Below, piece after piece: positions 1 to 13,949 of a stretch of DNA of 64,000 bases. The notes under the pieces are model-generated. The model was given only the letters and a program-made list of their open reading frames with translations. It ran no database searches and was not told the origin of the DNA. The number at the start of each line of letters is the position of its first letter. Within the stretch, counting starts at the first letter, position 1. The position numbers and the translations under genes are program-made. The stretch is from Epiperipatus broadwayi (lineage: Eukaryota; Animalia; Onychophora): NCBI GenBank assembly GCA_028023455.1, contig JAQFVV010000009.1, positions 3,348,001 to 3,412,000 of the forward strand. The letters run 5' to 3'.

Positions 1-590
1 TTATCTGACTGATTTAGATTAATGTGACATTTTTATTATTTAGTTATGAATAGCTAAATACCTATTTACTGAGCAATAACTGAATTAGAAAAAGATAACA
101 ACTATAGATGCCTTTCTCATATTGTTAATATAAATAGAAGCATAATGGGATAAAAATATTCATAGAACTAAACTTGGACGAAGTGCTTTTAGTATAAATT
201 TGATTTATCAATGCTTACTTATGGATATAAAACTTGGGCATGAAATAGAAGAGCAATACAAAAATTTCAGACCAGAAGTGTAGAGAGATATATTACTGAG
301 AGTAATGATGAGAGGTCAAAAGTAAGTGAAAAATAACAAAGAAAAGGCTAAAATAAAGTTGGCCTATACATGTCATAAGAAGAGATTAAAAGATGGACAA
401 ATGAGATCTTAAATTGTATCCTAAAAAATTTAAAAGACAATGTATAAAATGTATGTATGAGATAAAACAGTTTATTGTAATGATGTGGAGAAAACAGTCT
501 ATGAAATTAGAAAATCTGGATTAAACTTGGAGAGACCTTGTTCTTATAGTGGACTGATTGATTGTGGTTAAAAATGATAATAATGAATGA
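1..590 (+). mobile_element. RTE-clade LINE, decayed 3' end (RT C-terminus and tail)
   Basis: Broken frames read like the RTE end: KLGRSAF, LTYGYKTWA, RWTNEIL, IWIKLGETL. These are followed by a tgataataatgaatga tail. Same family as 47803-49330. Confidence 0.7.
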
Positions 591-3500
591 ACTGAATGGC
601 TATCCAAACATGCTTATGACCTAAAAAAATTTCAAGATTCAGTTAGCTTGGGTTCAAACATCAGGTCACAGTATGACTCTTAATAATAACTACCAATTAT
701 CGTATCTGATAAAACAAAAAATAACTATAGAATATTATATTTTGATGCGGTAAAATTGAAAAACTAATTAATTAAAAAGTGATATGCATGAATAAATACA
801 CTAATAAATCATAGTTTCAATGTGAATAGTTTCTTTAATATTATTAGATGTCTTTGAATTAGTTTACAATTCAAAACACATGATGTCATAATAATCATGA
901 TATCTAGAGTAGAAAAATGCATAATTTACTAAAAATATTAAATGTCAAAGAATAAACCATAGGCTCGAAAGTTTAGTTTTCTATTTCTTTTTGGGTGACA
1001 GATTTGAAAACTAAGTGTCTGAATTAATTCTCAGCTGAGTAAAATAAAAATAAAAATCTGGTTAATTGAATTTAAATGTTGAGCTAAAATTGAGGTTGAA
1101 CATATCGTGATCTCCTAAGTAATGATAATAAAATTAAATATATTAAAATTATGTCAGTCAGAAAAATAACATTTTCAGCTAATAACTCCATACATTCTGA
1201 AAAAAACAAAAACAATAACACAATAATAACTTATATGTACAGAATATTTAAAATATATATTTTATACCTTCTGCTATTTTTTTTTTTTTTTGTTAAGAAT
1301 TTTTATAATAATAATAATTAAAAAAATGAATAAAATGGTTTCGAGATCAGAATAATAATGATCAATATCAAGAAGTAGTGATGTGAACATTATTTTTTAA
1401 TTTTTTCTTATGCAAGAACTTTTTTTTCTATTCAAATTTTTCTTTTTAATGTTCATTATTCCAAATGAAATATACAAATTTTCTCACGTTTACTAAAATG
1501 ATCATAATATATAAGAGCATATAAACACACGTTTTTTGAAAAATAAGCAATTATAATAAATATAAATTTAAAAAAAGATACAAATTAAGTAATTTACATA
1601 AATAAAAATGGTATCAAAAAGTGTATAGAAAAAAGTAAATCAAATGCTTGGTTTCTATAAGAATGTAAAATCATATTACAATCATATTTTTTGTTTACTC
1701 AGTATCCAGTTCAGATTAATGGTTTGCAATTTCCAATTAACAGTAAAAACTATGGTTGTCTAACTGACAAAAAATTCAAAAATTTCCTAGGTAAACTCCA
1801 GATCGTGGCAATGGGAGGAAGATGTGCTAATCACTATGCCAGGAAGTTCTTAGAGAAAGAATAGAAATCTATTTGACAACTTGACTTTGATTAAAGATAA
1901 ACAAGTATAATGATTGGATTATAATGTATCTAAATAAAGAAATATTTTTTAAAAAAAAAATTAATATATTTAACAAATTTTTCATTTCAAAAAATGTCTG
2001 CGTTGACCAAAATCACAAAGAATTTAGTAACGTGAGTTTATAATTATAAAATTCAATAATAGTTACAGACACACACACATATGTATATATATGTTATATG
2101 TGTGCATAAACTATAGGTATATTTCAGTATGCTCTACTGCATATGTAAAACTTTAAGATCATTAATTGTTGTCCGACATAAAATGGTTGAATATTTTTCT
2201 CATACTACTCTTGAATTTTAATTAAGCATAGGTGTCATCAGGCATGGCAGAAGTTTAAAACCACTTGTCAATCATATTAGTAACCAAAAATTTTTCGAAG
2301 TGAAATAGTTTAATTAATTGTGAGGGTGTTTTTTTTTTCTTCCGAAATTAAGTTCATTTTTTTGATGGGGTCCCTGAGCTGAGTTGGTCTGAACATTTCA
2401 AAGAACTTAATTTTTTACATATTCAAAAAATTTCAAATTCTTGAAAAAATTTAAGATAGGGGTATGAGTAAAACAAACTTAATTTTGAAAAACCCTAATA
2501 ATTATGATGTTATATAAATATTGTAACCTGATAAAAAAAATGATGATGCTAGGAAAATGAACAATCTAATCTGAATAAAACATAGCCCAATCATTAGTCA
2601 CCATTTTGTAATGGACTATTGATTATAATATGGGATGATAATATAAAAAACTTTACTATGTCTCAGAATTGAGAAATTATTCATAAAAATATAAATCTAA
2701 CCTAAATGTGGAATGTCATTTTATAAAAGCCCCAAATAGGTTTGACATTTTATAATAATTACCACATGTACATGATCATCATTGGCTAGCATTGGATAGC
2801 TACTTTGTCACAATAATAATGGATTTTGTCATAAAGAAATGCCCTTAAAATTTATATTATTTATCAGAGAGCAAAAACATGCATAAAAAATAGTAACTCT
2901 GTTAGAACCTGTGTAAAACTATCTAGCTCAGTTATTGATCACACTAGGCAATAACAATATTTCCCATACATAATTATTTAAATTATACACTACACTATCA
3001 TAAAATACTAACAATCTCTATTAAAATCTACTTTATTCAAATTATATATATTTTTTTATTAAGGGAAATGCACATACAATTACAATATAAATCTTGTTGG
3101 TATACATTTGTTTAGATTTGTTACAATTATTATAACAATCATGAGTAAATAATTTTCCAAATTAGAAAATATACCTGTTTGATACATTAGTTATTATTAT
3201 GACAAATTAATTTCATGATTAGAGCAAAAAGCTCATCGTTCAAACTTAGTCTATAATTATTATGTAACTAGTTTTATATCAGAAGAACTGGTTGTTTATT
3301 TAGTGACTTAGCCAGTGATCATTGTGCAGTCCATATTTTGATTGGCAGTGATCCTTTGTCATTCTCCATCTAACTGGACCATTTATTTTTTAACCTTGAA
3401 TTCATTTTTAATTAGCATGCCTGAGGATAGGTTCTTCATCCAGTGGCCTAAGTTGCCCCCAAGTGTCCCCAAAGAGCTTTTCTGACATTAATAAGTGATC

Positions 3501-5129
3501 CCTGAACATAGTCCTTCGAATAAATTTTTTACATACCTCCCATGGTTTTTAAAATGAAATAAAGCAAACAAGATCATTGCTTCAGACATCAACAAATCTA
3601 TTCACAATTCCAAAGTAAATTCAAGTAAGCAGCGAAATTATATATCATTACACTAAACAATGATGAATGCTTAAGACATCTACCTGATTGATAATTGAAT
3701 AAAACTAAATTCGAATCAATAACTAATCTAATATTATTTATAGTAATGCAAATTTACTTTAATATTTAATAACATTTTGTTTAAATCAACTAGTCTCTAA
3801 ATAATTATATTTTGAGAATGTTTTCTAAACTATACAATATTTATAATGTTTAAATAAAATAAACCTTTGCCCAGTTTTATATCTATTTTAATAAAATATT
3901 AAATATAATATAAATATTTCATTCATACCTACATTAGATCGATATGCAATTATTATTTAAGTTATATTTTAAAATGAAACACTCTACAAAAATTTATTAT
4001 CAATAAATCTATTAGATAATTTCACATTTTACAATACCCAATCACATTATATAAAATATACCAAAGTTTCTATTGGATACTTACTGACTTGCAATCACTG
4101 ATATTATTCATCTACTTAAATCTCCAATCAATCGATTATAAAAATGGATTTTATAACAATTAAACTATATATGACAATAATTGGCAGTTATCCAAGCCAA
4201 AGATAATATTATGTTAAACTAGTCAATAAAATTTATGATCTCCACTTCAAAGAAATTCAAGAAGGTAATTAAGACAGATCATTTTGACTAATGATAAAAT
4301 AAAAATCTATTAAGATTTTTGTAACTAGACAAGATAAGCAAATAAATAATCAACTCTGAACTAATGAAATTATTTCTACTAGTAATATTGAGTTAGATAA
4401 GTAAACAAATATTTAAATGCAGTACCAAATATAAAATTTATATGCAATCAGATTTAAAAATGAGGTAAAAAACATACATATATCTACTTCTATTTCACTT
4501 ACCAAGATGGTTTTGATCTTGTATCAAACTTCAACTACCAAAATTATCTTGTGCATTCAAAAGAAATAATTTGACAGATTCACTGGATTTTAAATCAACT
4601 CTAAATTTATTGGATTATAATAAAAATTTATAACAGTAATAATAAAAATATAACATAACAATGGAGGTTTGCAATAGACTAAAATCAATAAAAAGAATAA
4701 TAAAGCCTGTGTGTATGGAACTCCAAAAAATATGTTTTATGGCAATAATACTATATGAAATGGAAGAAGGGATTTTAAATAGAATGTACAATAATAAGTA
4801 AAACATGTGATCAAATAAAAACTGATCTCTAATTTCTCAATAATTAAACAAACATAAAAAAAAATCTGTTATATTCAAACCCTTTTATACCCAAATCTCT
4901 AAGTTAAATATTGAAAAAAAAATTTAATATTTGAAAATATCAGGTCATATTAACTTATATCATCAGATAAGAGCTTAAATAATAAGAACCAAAAGAATCT
5001 CTCCAACCTTTTTATTGTGTGAATTCTACCATACTCACATATATATTATTTACCTATGTTTTTAAATATAAAATGTAAACACTTCTTTACTTTTAATAAT
5101 ATATATATATAAAAATAAATCATACCATT

Positions 5130-6010
5130 TAAAATGAAAGTCTGTCCATTTTCACTTACTATCCACAGACCTGTCATAGCTTCTGGTTCTTTATTTCCAA
5201 TCCTAAAGTGTAGAGATGATTTTCCTTTAAGTAGAGAAGATAAACCTGAGTAGTAAGTAACATGGATATGAATCCAATTATTTTCGTGTCTAAATTCCAA
5301 TATTTTCTTTTAAACACATAAATGTATCCAAGCTTTTAAAACAGCAGATACTTAGTTGGTCCTTTTTCATTGATGCTAAGATATAAAGATAATTCTTTCA
5401 ATGACACAATTCAATTCTATTCAAGGGAAGAATGAATATGAGCTTTTTCTTTTTGAATTATGAAAGTGAAGTTTAAATTGCCTAATATCCATGCATAAGT
5501 TGAGTTAATTGAATTTGTAAAATTCCTTGATCTGAAATATGACATCCATATATATATAATGAGGTTTATATCAATCACAAATAAATAAATGCAATTCTGG
5601 ATTTTTTAATAATGGAATATCTTTATATAGCTGACCTGCAATGCAATGCAATTTGATGGGTTTTTTACCTTCACATTCTTGCCATTTCCCCTGGAAATTC
5701 ACCAGCAAATTGCCCCCATTGAACAGGCAGATAGTTAAAATTTTTATTCTTCATGGTTTTATAAATTAATCACTTAAACAGTAAAATTTAATAAATTTTT
5801 AAAGATAGATCAAAAATATCCATTATGGATAATGACAAAATTACAAAAAGTCAAATTGCACTGTCTCTCTTCTATTTATAAGATGCTCTTGATGACATTA
5901 TTGTTTCCACAACTACTTCTGAATATTGCTCAAATTTGACTCAATGGTGTAAAAAATTGTTCAAGAAAATTTGCCTCCAATTAATAAGTGAAATGCAGAT
6001 TTTAAAATAA
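5130..6010 (+). mobile_element. Ty3/Gypsy reverse transcriptase remnant, heavily decayed
   Basis: Frame at about 5882 reads DALDDIIVSTTTSEYCSNL, like YLDDIIV..EEH..NL. An upstream FVKFLDLKY resembles FSKLDL..AY, and PIIFVSK resembles WA.PIV.V.K. Many stops and frameshifts. Confidence 0.4.
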
Positions 6011-6668
6011 CTGAATACAGTAAAAATAAAATATTGTTTTACAAGTTATTTTTCATTTTAAACCAAAATAAAGAATTCATATTATAATTCTAATACATTT
6101 TAATGGATATAAATATTTTTACATATGTTTTTTTATAATATTTTTTTTATATAACTAATTTATGGACAAACATATATAAAACATAAAACATTTAATAATA
6201 GGTGTTGCTATGATGATTGTAATAACAGAAATTGAAATGTGTAATACTTAATAATAATATTGATTCTCTTCATGCAAGCTTTTATGATTCACTTAACTAT
6301 TTCCAAAATCTATTTATTCATCTGTTTATATTTTTCTATGAAATTGATCACAACAGATTTATAAATTGCATGCTAAATGTTAATAATAAGTAAGAATGTT
6401 GTTTGAACAGTATAGTTGCCATAGTTACCTAGTTAATATTAATATTTCAACACCTCTATTATCCACAGATCAAGTGAAATAAAAATGAAACAAGACCAAC
6501 AAACTTCTTTATTTTTTTTTAAATACTGTGACATACTTCAATCTGGTTACTTATATATATATATATATATATGTAATATACAAATCAATATATATATCAA
6601 AATATATGTAATATACAAATCAATATATATATCAAAATACAGTACAATTTATATAAATTATATTCTTT

Positions 6669-6711
6669 TAGAAGTACTTTCGACTATACACTTTGTAGTC
6701 TTTATCAACTA
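6669..6711 (-). ncRNA. Minimal type I hammerhead ribozyme motif with U3-A8 variant core
   Basis: Minus strand reads TAG-TTGATAA-A-GACTA(CAAAGTGTA)TAGTC-GAAA-GTAC-T-T-CTA. This gives stem I TAG/CTA, stem II GACTA/TAGTC and palindromic stem III AGTACT. It lies in the PLE 3' tail, where hammerheads are expected. Confidence 0.65.
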
Positions 6712-6765
6712 TATAACGTTGAATAATCAAAATGAGACAACCCTTAACAATACCCATAGTTCAAT

Positions 6766-7269
6766 TCAGATTTCCCACAATTCTGTTATCTTAACATTTG
6801 ATGACTGGCGATTCATTAACATTTGACGATTTCTTGAAATCAACATAGCCTCTTTTATTTTACGTTTATTATGACAACGTTCAATTTGAATAATTTTCAT
6901 ATTTTTATAATCAAATTTAAATTCATATTGACAAGATTTATTATGATCAAATATAACAGATGATGAAGGTTTATTTACATCTGTTCCATATTGATTCTCT
7001 TTTTGAATTCTATTATATAAAAGCATATGTTCTTTTATTCTCTTCTCAAATGTACACTTAGATTCACCAATGTATTGTACGCCGCATCCACATATCAATC
7101 TATATATAATAGAATTTTGATTAAACTTTGAATTTTGAATTTTAGAATTATTAAGCAATCTATTTATGTTATTTGTAGAGAAAAAAGCAATATGACACAA
7201 ACCATTATAAATTTTCCTAATAAACTTGACCTGCTCATCTGATATAAATGACATTGAAATCCATTTCAT
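6766..7269 (-). CDS. GIY-YIG endonuclease domain of a Penelope-like element (truncated ORF, RT missing)
   Basis: IIYRLICGCGVQYIGESKCTFEKRIKEH...S.IFDH...FDY..MKII..E...KRKIKEAMLI..MNR follows the PLE GIY-YIG pattern with Cys/His residues. Open frame of 167 aa. Confidence 0.85.
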   Translation of the reverse strand: MKWISMSFISDEQVKFIRKIYNGLCHIAFFSTNNINRLLNNSKIQNSKFNQNSIIYRLICGCGVQYIGESKCTFEKRIKEHMLLYNRIQKENQYGTDVNKPSSSVIFDHNKSCQYEFKFDYKNMKIIQIERCHNKRKIKEAMLISRNRQMLMNRQSSNVKITELWEI

Positions 7270-7483
7270 TTTGATATTTTTATTTTTAATTTTATTATAG
7301 TGTTGATTTCTTTTAAAGTACTTCTAAAAGAATATAATTTATATAAATTGTACTGTATTTTGATATATATATTGATTTGTATATTACATATATTGTGAAA
7401 CGAATACAGATATCAAACTTTATATATATATATATATATATTAAGCATAATATTTATATTTTAAAAAAGTGTTTTTTTTTGTT

Positions 7484-9454
7484 ATGGATACATAGCTAAA
7501 TTTAATCAGAAGGGATAAAGATTATGATGATATTTTTTAGATGATACTGCAGCAGATTCTTTTCTAGCAGGTTGTACTACTTAGAAAGTAGGACTTAACA
7601 AGAAAAAAAAATATGATGATTTATTTTGGACATTTGAGTTTTCTTATGTTAATCATAATGATGTGAAACAACCTATTAGTTTATTTTGTAATAAAGTTTT
7701 GGCTGCTGAGAACATGAAATCATTTAAACTAAAGGAATATCTTGGTACCAAGCATGTAACATACTGCAATAAACCAAAGGAATACTTTGAATGACTTCTA
7801 AAATCCTCAAATAAATAGAAAAATAATGTTTTGAGAAATTTATTGCTATCAATGAAAAGTATTTACTTGCACCTTACAAAACTTATTTAATTGCAAAAAA
7901 TAAAAAATCTACATGATAGGAGGATGATCTTGTGTTGCCTGCTGCAATAAAGAGGTTAGAATTAGTTTCATGGAAATGAAATTTGTAAAATTCCTTTATT
8001 AAATGATACTGTTTCCAAAATAATTTCTGGAATCAGTAATGACCAATTGCAGCAGCTTATTTGCAGGCTTAAGAACAGTCCAAAGTTTGCAATTCAGTTG
8101 GATGAATCCAAGTGACAGTTTTAACTTGGCACAATTGTTACTTTATGTATGTGTATGAAGAAAGTATACATGTTGAATTGTTCTTTTATTATTATTTATG
8201 AGTGCACACAAGAAGGGAAGACATTTAACTTAAAAGCTGAATTTTTCACAAATAAGGATTTACAATGCAGTAATTGTGTTAGTGTCTGTACAGATGATAC
8301 TGAGGCAATGATTTGTATCAAAAGTTAAAGCTTATGGCAATGAATATATCATTTTTACTCAATGCATAATCTATCAGAAAGCACTCATAGTCAAAAAAAT
8401 ATCACCAGATTTAAATGTTGTGCTTTGCAATTCTATAAGAATCATTAGTTTCATAAAAAGTGAGCTCTTAATAGTCATCTAATTTCAAACCTTTGCAAAT
8501 ATATGAAATCTGATTACTAAACCTTATTGTTAAATGCACATGGTTGTAAGAGGACAAAGTTTATACGAATTATGCTTTTAAAACTGTATAATTTGTCATA
8601 TATTTTGAAAAAATTGAATGATTTAAACATGCCACTTCAAGAAAATAATTGTAACATATTTACATTAAATATAAAATTCAAACTTTTAATAAAAAAAAAT
8701 AAATATACGGAAAAATAGAATAGAAAATGAATTTTTATAAATGTTTACAGCTATAGATGCTTTTATAATTGAAAACAACTTTTACAGAGATTTTTAATTC
8801 TAAAAGTTAGAATTGATCATTTTTAGTGACTGAAGATACAATTTCAAAAAATATTTTCCTTCAAATTTTGATATTGAAAAATAAAATTGGATTCATAAAC
8901 CATATTCAAATGAAATGACTAATGCCAGTCATTTACTATTATGTGCATAAGAAGAATTTTCTGAGTTATCTAGCAATACAGTTTTAAAACTTGAATTTTA
9001 CAAAACCATTAAATAAATTTTGGCTCAGGAATAAACAGAATTTCCAACACTTTCTGAAATGATCCTCAACATACTTTTATTATTTTATACTATGTATTCA
9101 TGCAAAATGGCATTTTCAACATTAATATTTATAAAATTAAAAAATTGATAAACTCTGCAAAACATTGAAGTTCTATGTCCCGCAGTATCAAATATTTGTC
9201 CAAGATTTAATTCTTTATATAAAAGTAAACAAGTACATCCAACTTTTTAGTATGAATATTTGTCTTTGTCTTTAATGAATAGTAAAATTATATTCATATG
9301 TATACCAAAGAATTGTTTTCAAATAAATTTTCTTTATGATTTACTGCAGCAAATGTTTTAATTTGTATTCCTAGTTTATATACCTCTCTATCTGGGGGCA
9401 CAAAAATATTTGTTTGGGTAAAAGGAGTCGTAAGTAGAAAACTTTGAGAAACCT
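7484..9454 (+). mobile_element. hAT (Charlie/Buster, ZBED5/SCAND3-like) transposase fossil with 3' TIR
   Basis: Broken frames give VLAAENMKSFKLKEYLGTKH, PKFAIQLDES, LAQLLLYV, CVSVCTD..EAM, TQCIIYQKAL and PAVSNICPRF..KQVHP. It ends in ctttgagaaacctg, a hAT-like terminal repeat. I did not find the 5' TIR. Confidence 0.85.
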
Positions 9455-12400
9455 GGATTTACATGATATAAAAAGTTGCAAATGCTCAGATGATGCTAAT
9501 ATTCCAATTTCTTAGTGACATCTTTTTAAAATCATTTATCATACTTCATCACTATCTATTCCAGGAAACTTAAGAAATATTCTAATAAAATAAATAAAAT
9601 CACTGTAAAACACATTATTTTATTTCATCTTGATGGTATGTTATCTCTGAGAACAAATGGTGAGTCTATCTTGCAGGCTCTAAGATAGAAGAGATAATTT
9701 GGAACTATTTCCAGAAAACACTAAACTAACCTAAAGTAAACCCATGGTCATATTTAACCAACATTATTTCACAATCTTTTGATTTTCTGTGAAGAAATTT
9801 CTTAACAGATAAAAAAAAAAGATGAATTTCACAATTATCATTTACTAATATTATTGTACACAAAGTAAAACAGGTATTTTATCATTTGATCTAAATACTT
9901 GTTATAATTCATTAACCCTTCAATATTATAACATTCCTACCTTAAACAAAATGTATAAACAAAAGAATATGTAATCCCCTCTTATCTAGATGTCTTGAGA
10001 TTAATCTCAATAAAGAATAACCATGGAAAAATATTTGCATAAATTAACCTCTACTTCTCCTTGCTTATTTTGTTTAATCTAAGTGCCTTATGTTTTATGT
10101 AATTTTGACACTATTGAAATTATTACATTTGTTGAAATTAGATTTTGTCTGCTAATGCCACCCAAATAAATTTTGAATTTGCTTTTAATAATATTAATTT
10201 AGTTTTTTTTAAAAACAAATTCTAAACTCAGTTAAATGATTTTCTTAACTGGGCACACCATAAATAATATTATTTTCCACCCCATTAAAGTTTTTTTAAA
10301 AACATGAAATATTATATCAATAATACTAAGATTTATATACATAAATAAGCATGGGTTTATATTACAGTATGACTGAACATTCATTATGATTAATATCATT
10401 TGATGGATTGGTTAAAACATTACTATCAGAAAGAAACAAATATTTTGTCTCACCCCTAATTCCTCCTCTTCTTATTTTTATAATAATGCTTTGTTTTAAA
10501 TTAGCATGCAATGGCTTACAAATTAAATTAACTTTAAGTACATAAGACAATAATTTGAGAGATAAATTGTTTTTATTTGTAAAGTAATATAAAAATAAAA
10601 CAAGATTATTTTAATAAATAAGAATGTTATAAAAATACTATAATGTTTCTAATCAATGTAATTAATATTTATTCTGATTTTTTAATATACACATTCACAC
10701 TCTCTCTATGTATATATTAATTTAAAGATTTTTATTGAGTTACATATCTTCAATATTGAAATGTAATAAGAATTTTTTATGTCTTAATCTAGATAAAGTT
10801 TTTGGTTATGGTGAGATCAGGCAACAACTAATTTAAACTGGTAATGATAGTTGGAACTACATAATCTAATAATAACAATAATATTTGCCTGACTTATGTT
10901 AAACCAAAAGTATATTACTTTTAGCTTAATATTTTAGTTGTTATAAGATATTAGGTAGATAAAAGTGGTACACTTTTGATTTAACATAAATTAAATAAAT
11001 ATTACTGGCATTACTCAATCACATGGTTTCCACTAGCATTACTAATTTCAATTAGTTGTTGTGTAATTACATCATAGCTGAAAACTTTATTTAGATTATT
11101 ACATAGAAAATTTCCATTATATATTTAATGTTTATATTTTACAAAAAAATAGATGGGAAATGTTTTGAATTATAATATCTAATTTGACTTAAGGCTGTCA
11201 ATTAAGTTACACATTTTACAAATACTAAATAATAATTAAATTGTTCATGTTAGTAATATATATTAAGGCTATAACCTTAAGACTATGCACTTAAAATGTG
11301 ACAGTAGGGACCTCTACAAATCTAAACACAAAATTAATGACTTTAATAATTTTTATGAATTCCTGGTAATATTATTTCCTTATATCTATTATTTATTTAT
11401 TCCATTCTCATTCACAAAAATTTTTAAACAAATTTCACCAACTATATTTGCAATATATATAAATGTAACTCAAACAAAAGAATTATGGAAAAATGGTTTG
11501 GCCTTGGAAATTGTCATTTAGTAATAAATGAAATTTCTAGGTAACATCAAAGGTTGAAGGTTATTGTTACTTACATGGATATTATCTCCTCATTTCCATT
11601 CTTTATTATAATAACAATCCATGGAAATATTATTTCAACATGTATTTATATATAACTATCTCAAGCATTTTAATACTATCTTAAAGTGTAATGTTTATAC
11701 AGTAGCCTGTAAAGATACTGTGGTAATTATAACAAATGTGCTGTGAATCTGAATACAATTGAAAAAATGATTCAAATTTTTGGTAATAAATCTAATTCCC
11801 CAGTAGCAACTTTTTAAAAATCTGTTATTGTTACCAATACTTCTTCAAATTCTCTTAATTCAGATCTCTATTTAATTGTAACTACTATGAAACTAAACTA
11901 TGCCATCAAGCTTTAAATCATTAAATTAAAAAAATGATCTATTGTGCTCATCATTGTACATTTTTTATCAAAGTATATATTTTTAATATTATTATTAAAA
12001 AAAACCTAAACTTTTTTTTACCCCTGATGTATTTTAACAAATCAGAAAGTCACTAAATCTCATCTAGAAATTTCTGGATTACTATACAAAATTAATGCCA
12101 GGAAATAAGTTTTATTACCTAAATGAGATCTTGCATTTTCTGACCTCACAGAAACCCTATCATAAGTCAATCTTAACAAATTATGACATAATAAAGTAAC
12201 CTACAAAACTTGAAAAACTACCCAGTCATAGTATTACATTCATCATTTCAAAATTATTATAAAGGTGAAAATGTTATCATTTTCCTCTTTCATTGATAAT
12301 TTATTCACAAATGTTTTCTTAACAATTTCATATACAAATAACCAGTAACATTGTTTATTTAATAGATTACATCATCTATGCAACTCAAGGATAGAAATAA

Positions 12401-13139
12401 GTATGCATATTGTAGATCACTGCTTTTTTCTCTTTTTTTGGATAGATTATGCCATCTCGTATTATATTCTAATTTTAATAAAATGAACATTCAATATTCT
12501 TCCATTTGGATGGCCATACTAAAGATGTGCTTCATCATTTTTATCCAATTTTTATTGATAATAGTACTTTTGCAAAACAATCATCTAAAACTTATGCCCA
12601 TATTCATAAAAGATTAGTTTTATCCCAATAAATATAAAGTACTGAGTATGCATGAATAATATTTTAATAATTATATCTTTAAAAACAACACTCCCACTCA
12701 AGACCAATGAGTTAATTTAATATTTGATGTACTTGATGCAATATTTACTAGAAAAAAAATTATGGCTAATCCAAAAAATGCAAATTTTTTGTAAAATCTT
12801 GATAATAATTTATTAGTTTTTAGATAAATATACCAATGTTATTAATAGCTATTTATTAGGCTAAATATTGTTATATTATTAGCTCAGATATAAATTTTAA
12901 ACTTAAATAAAGTTTAATATATCTGCTATTATAAATTCCAATCATGCATCATGCATAGCATTAAATTAATTTCCTCTATTTTATTATATATATATAAATT
13001 CTCTGCAAAGAGAGGAAATTAAAAATAATATCATGTTTGATTGATTTTTAATCAAGTGCAAGTCTATATCTAGTTTATTAATACAGAAATCTCTAGCTTA
13101 ATAAGTAGGTATTATCTTCAATCTATTCAGCTAAAGACT

Positions 13140-13900
13140 GCAGATGTCATTAAGGTAGTAAATTAAATCATAATAAAATAGCTAAGAAAGAACTACAAAT
13201 TCTGGTAGAGCAATTAGTAAAAGTAAGAACAGGGTATGGACTAAGATTAAATATGGAGAAGACGAGAGTAATGTGACTAAGTAGAGAAATAGTAGAGATA
13301 AGAAGATAGGATGTTTGGTTGAGACAGATTGTAGAATTTGTCTAACTAGGTTTTACAATTAACCAAAATGGAGAATATCATATAGAAATAAATACATTGT
13401 TATTATTAATATTGAAGGAATTTACAAAATTAATGCTCCATATGAAAAAACAAAGGCACAAATATATGGATAACATCTAGACTATTGAAGTCTTTGACAT
13501 AAACCATTGTAATATATGAATACAAAGTATGGACAATGAAAAACAGGAGAAGTCAAGAATTGTTGCTTTGGAAATTACATATTGTCAAAGGATGCCTGGG
13601 ATATTTGTAAAGCTAAAGAAATAATGAATGAGTTTTGAGGAAAAAAAATGCAGAAAACAACTATTGGAGATGATATAAGCTGAAAAAGGTTCACTATTTT
13701 GTATATATGATGAACAGGCAATTATACTGGAAAAGAATACCATGATTGGAATTATAAATGGATTAAACAGAAGAGGATAACCAAAATGGTTATGAATGAA
13801 TAATATCATAGAATTGGCAGAGTTGGAAACATACAGAAAATCAGTGAGAATGGTTTGGAGGCAGTTCATCCACACTGTCACTCATTATCAAGATAATACA
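13140..13900 (+). mobile_element. RTE-clade LINE 3' fragment
   Basis: ELQILVEQL...GYGLRLNMEKTRVM, then LEKNTMIGIINGLNRRG*PKW (like LEK.IM.G.VEG.R.RGRP..RW) and WRQFIH. Confidence 0.7.
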
Positions 13901-13949
13901 ATGAAACAATAAATAAAGATGAAGATATCTGAGAGTGTTCAATGATGTA

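Larger units (their letters stand above)
6567..7420 (-). mobile_element. Penelope-like retroelement, 5'-truncated, with an inverted copy of its 3' tail
   Basis: Contains a C-terminal GIY-YIG ORF and a downstream hammerhead motif. 6601-6680 and 7315-7394 form a perfect 80-bp inverted repeat. The tail end has a 35-bp tandem duplication, and (TA)n runs flank both sides. Confidence 0.85.

Noticed and set aside
1791-1866. Plus-strand GKLQIVAMGG, similar to the CNBD GRLQVV
   Set aside because: Wrong strand for the CNG gene, only six residues match, and a stop follows.
3300-3560. GC-richer segment reminiscent of an RTE 5' UTR or SINE body
   Set aside because: No second copy in the window and no diagnostic motif, so it cannot be assigned.
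10798-10912. Weak 27-bp inverted repeat bounding about 115 bp
   Set aside because: Too diverged and short to distinguish from chance at this base composition.
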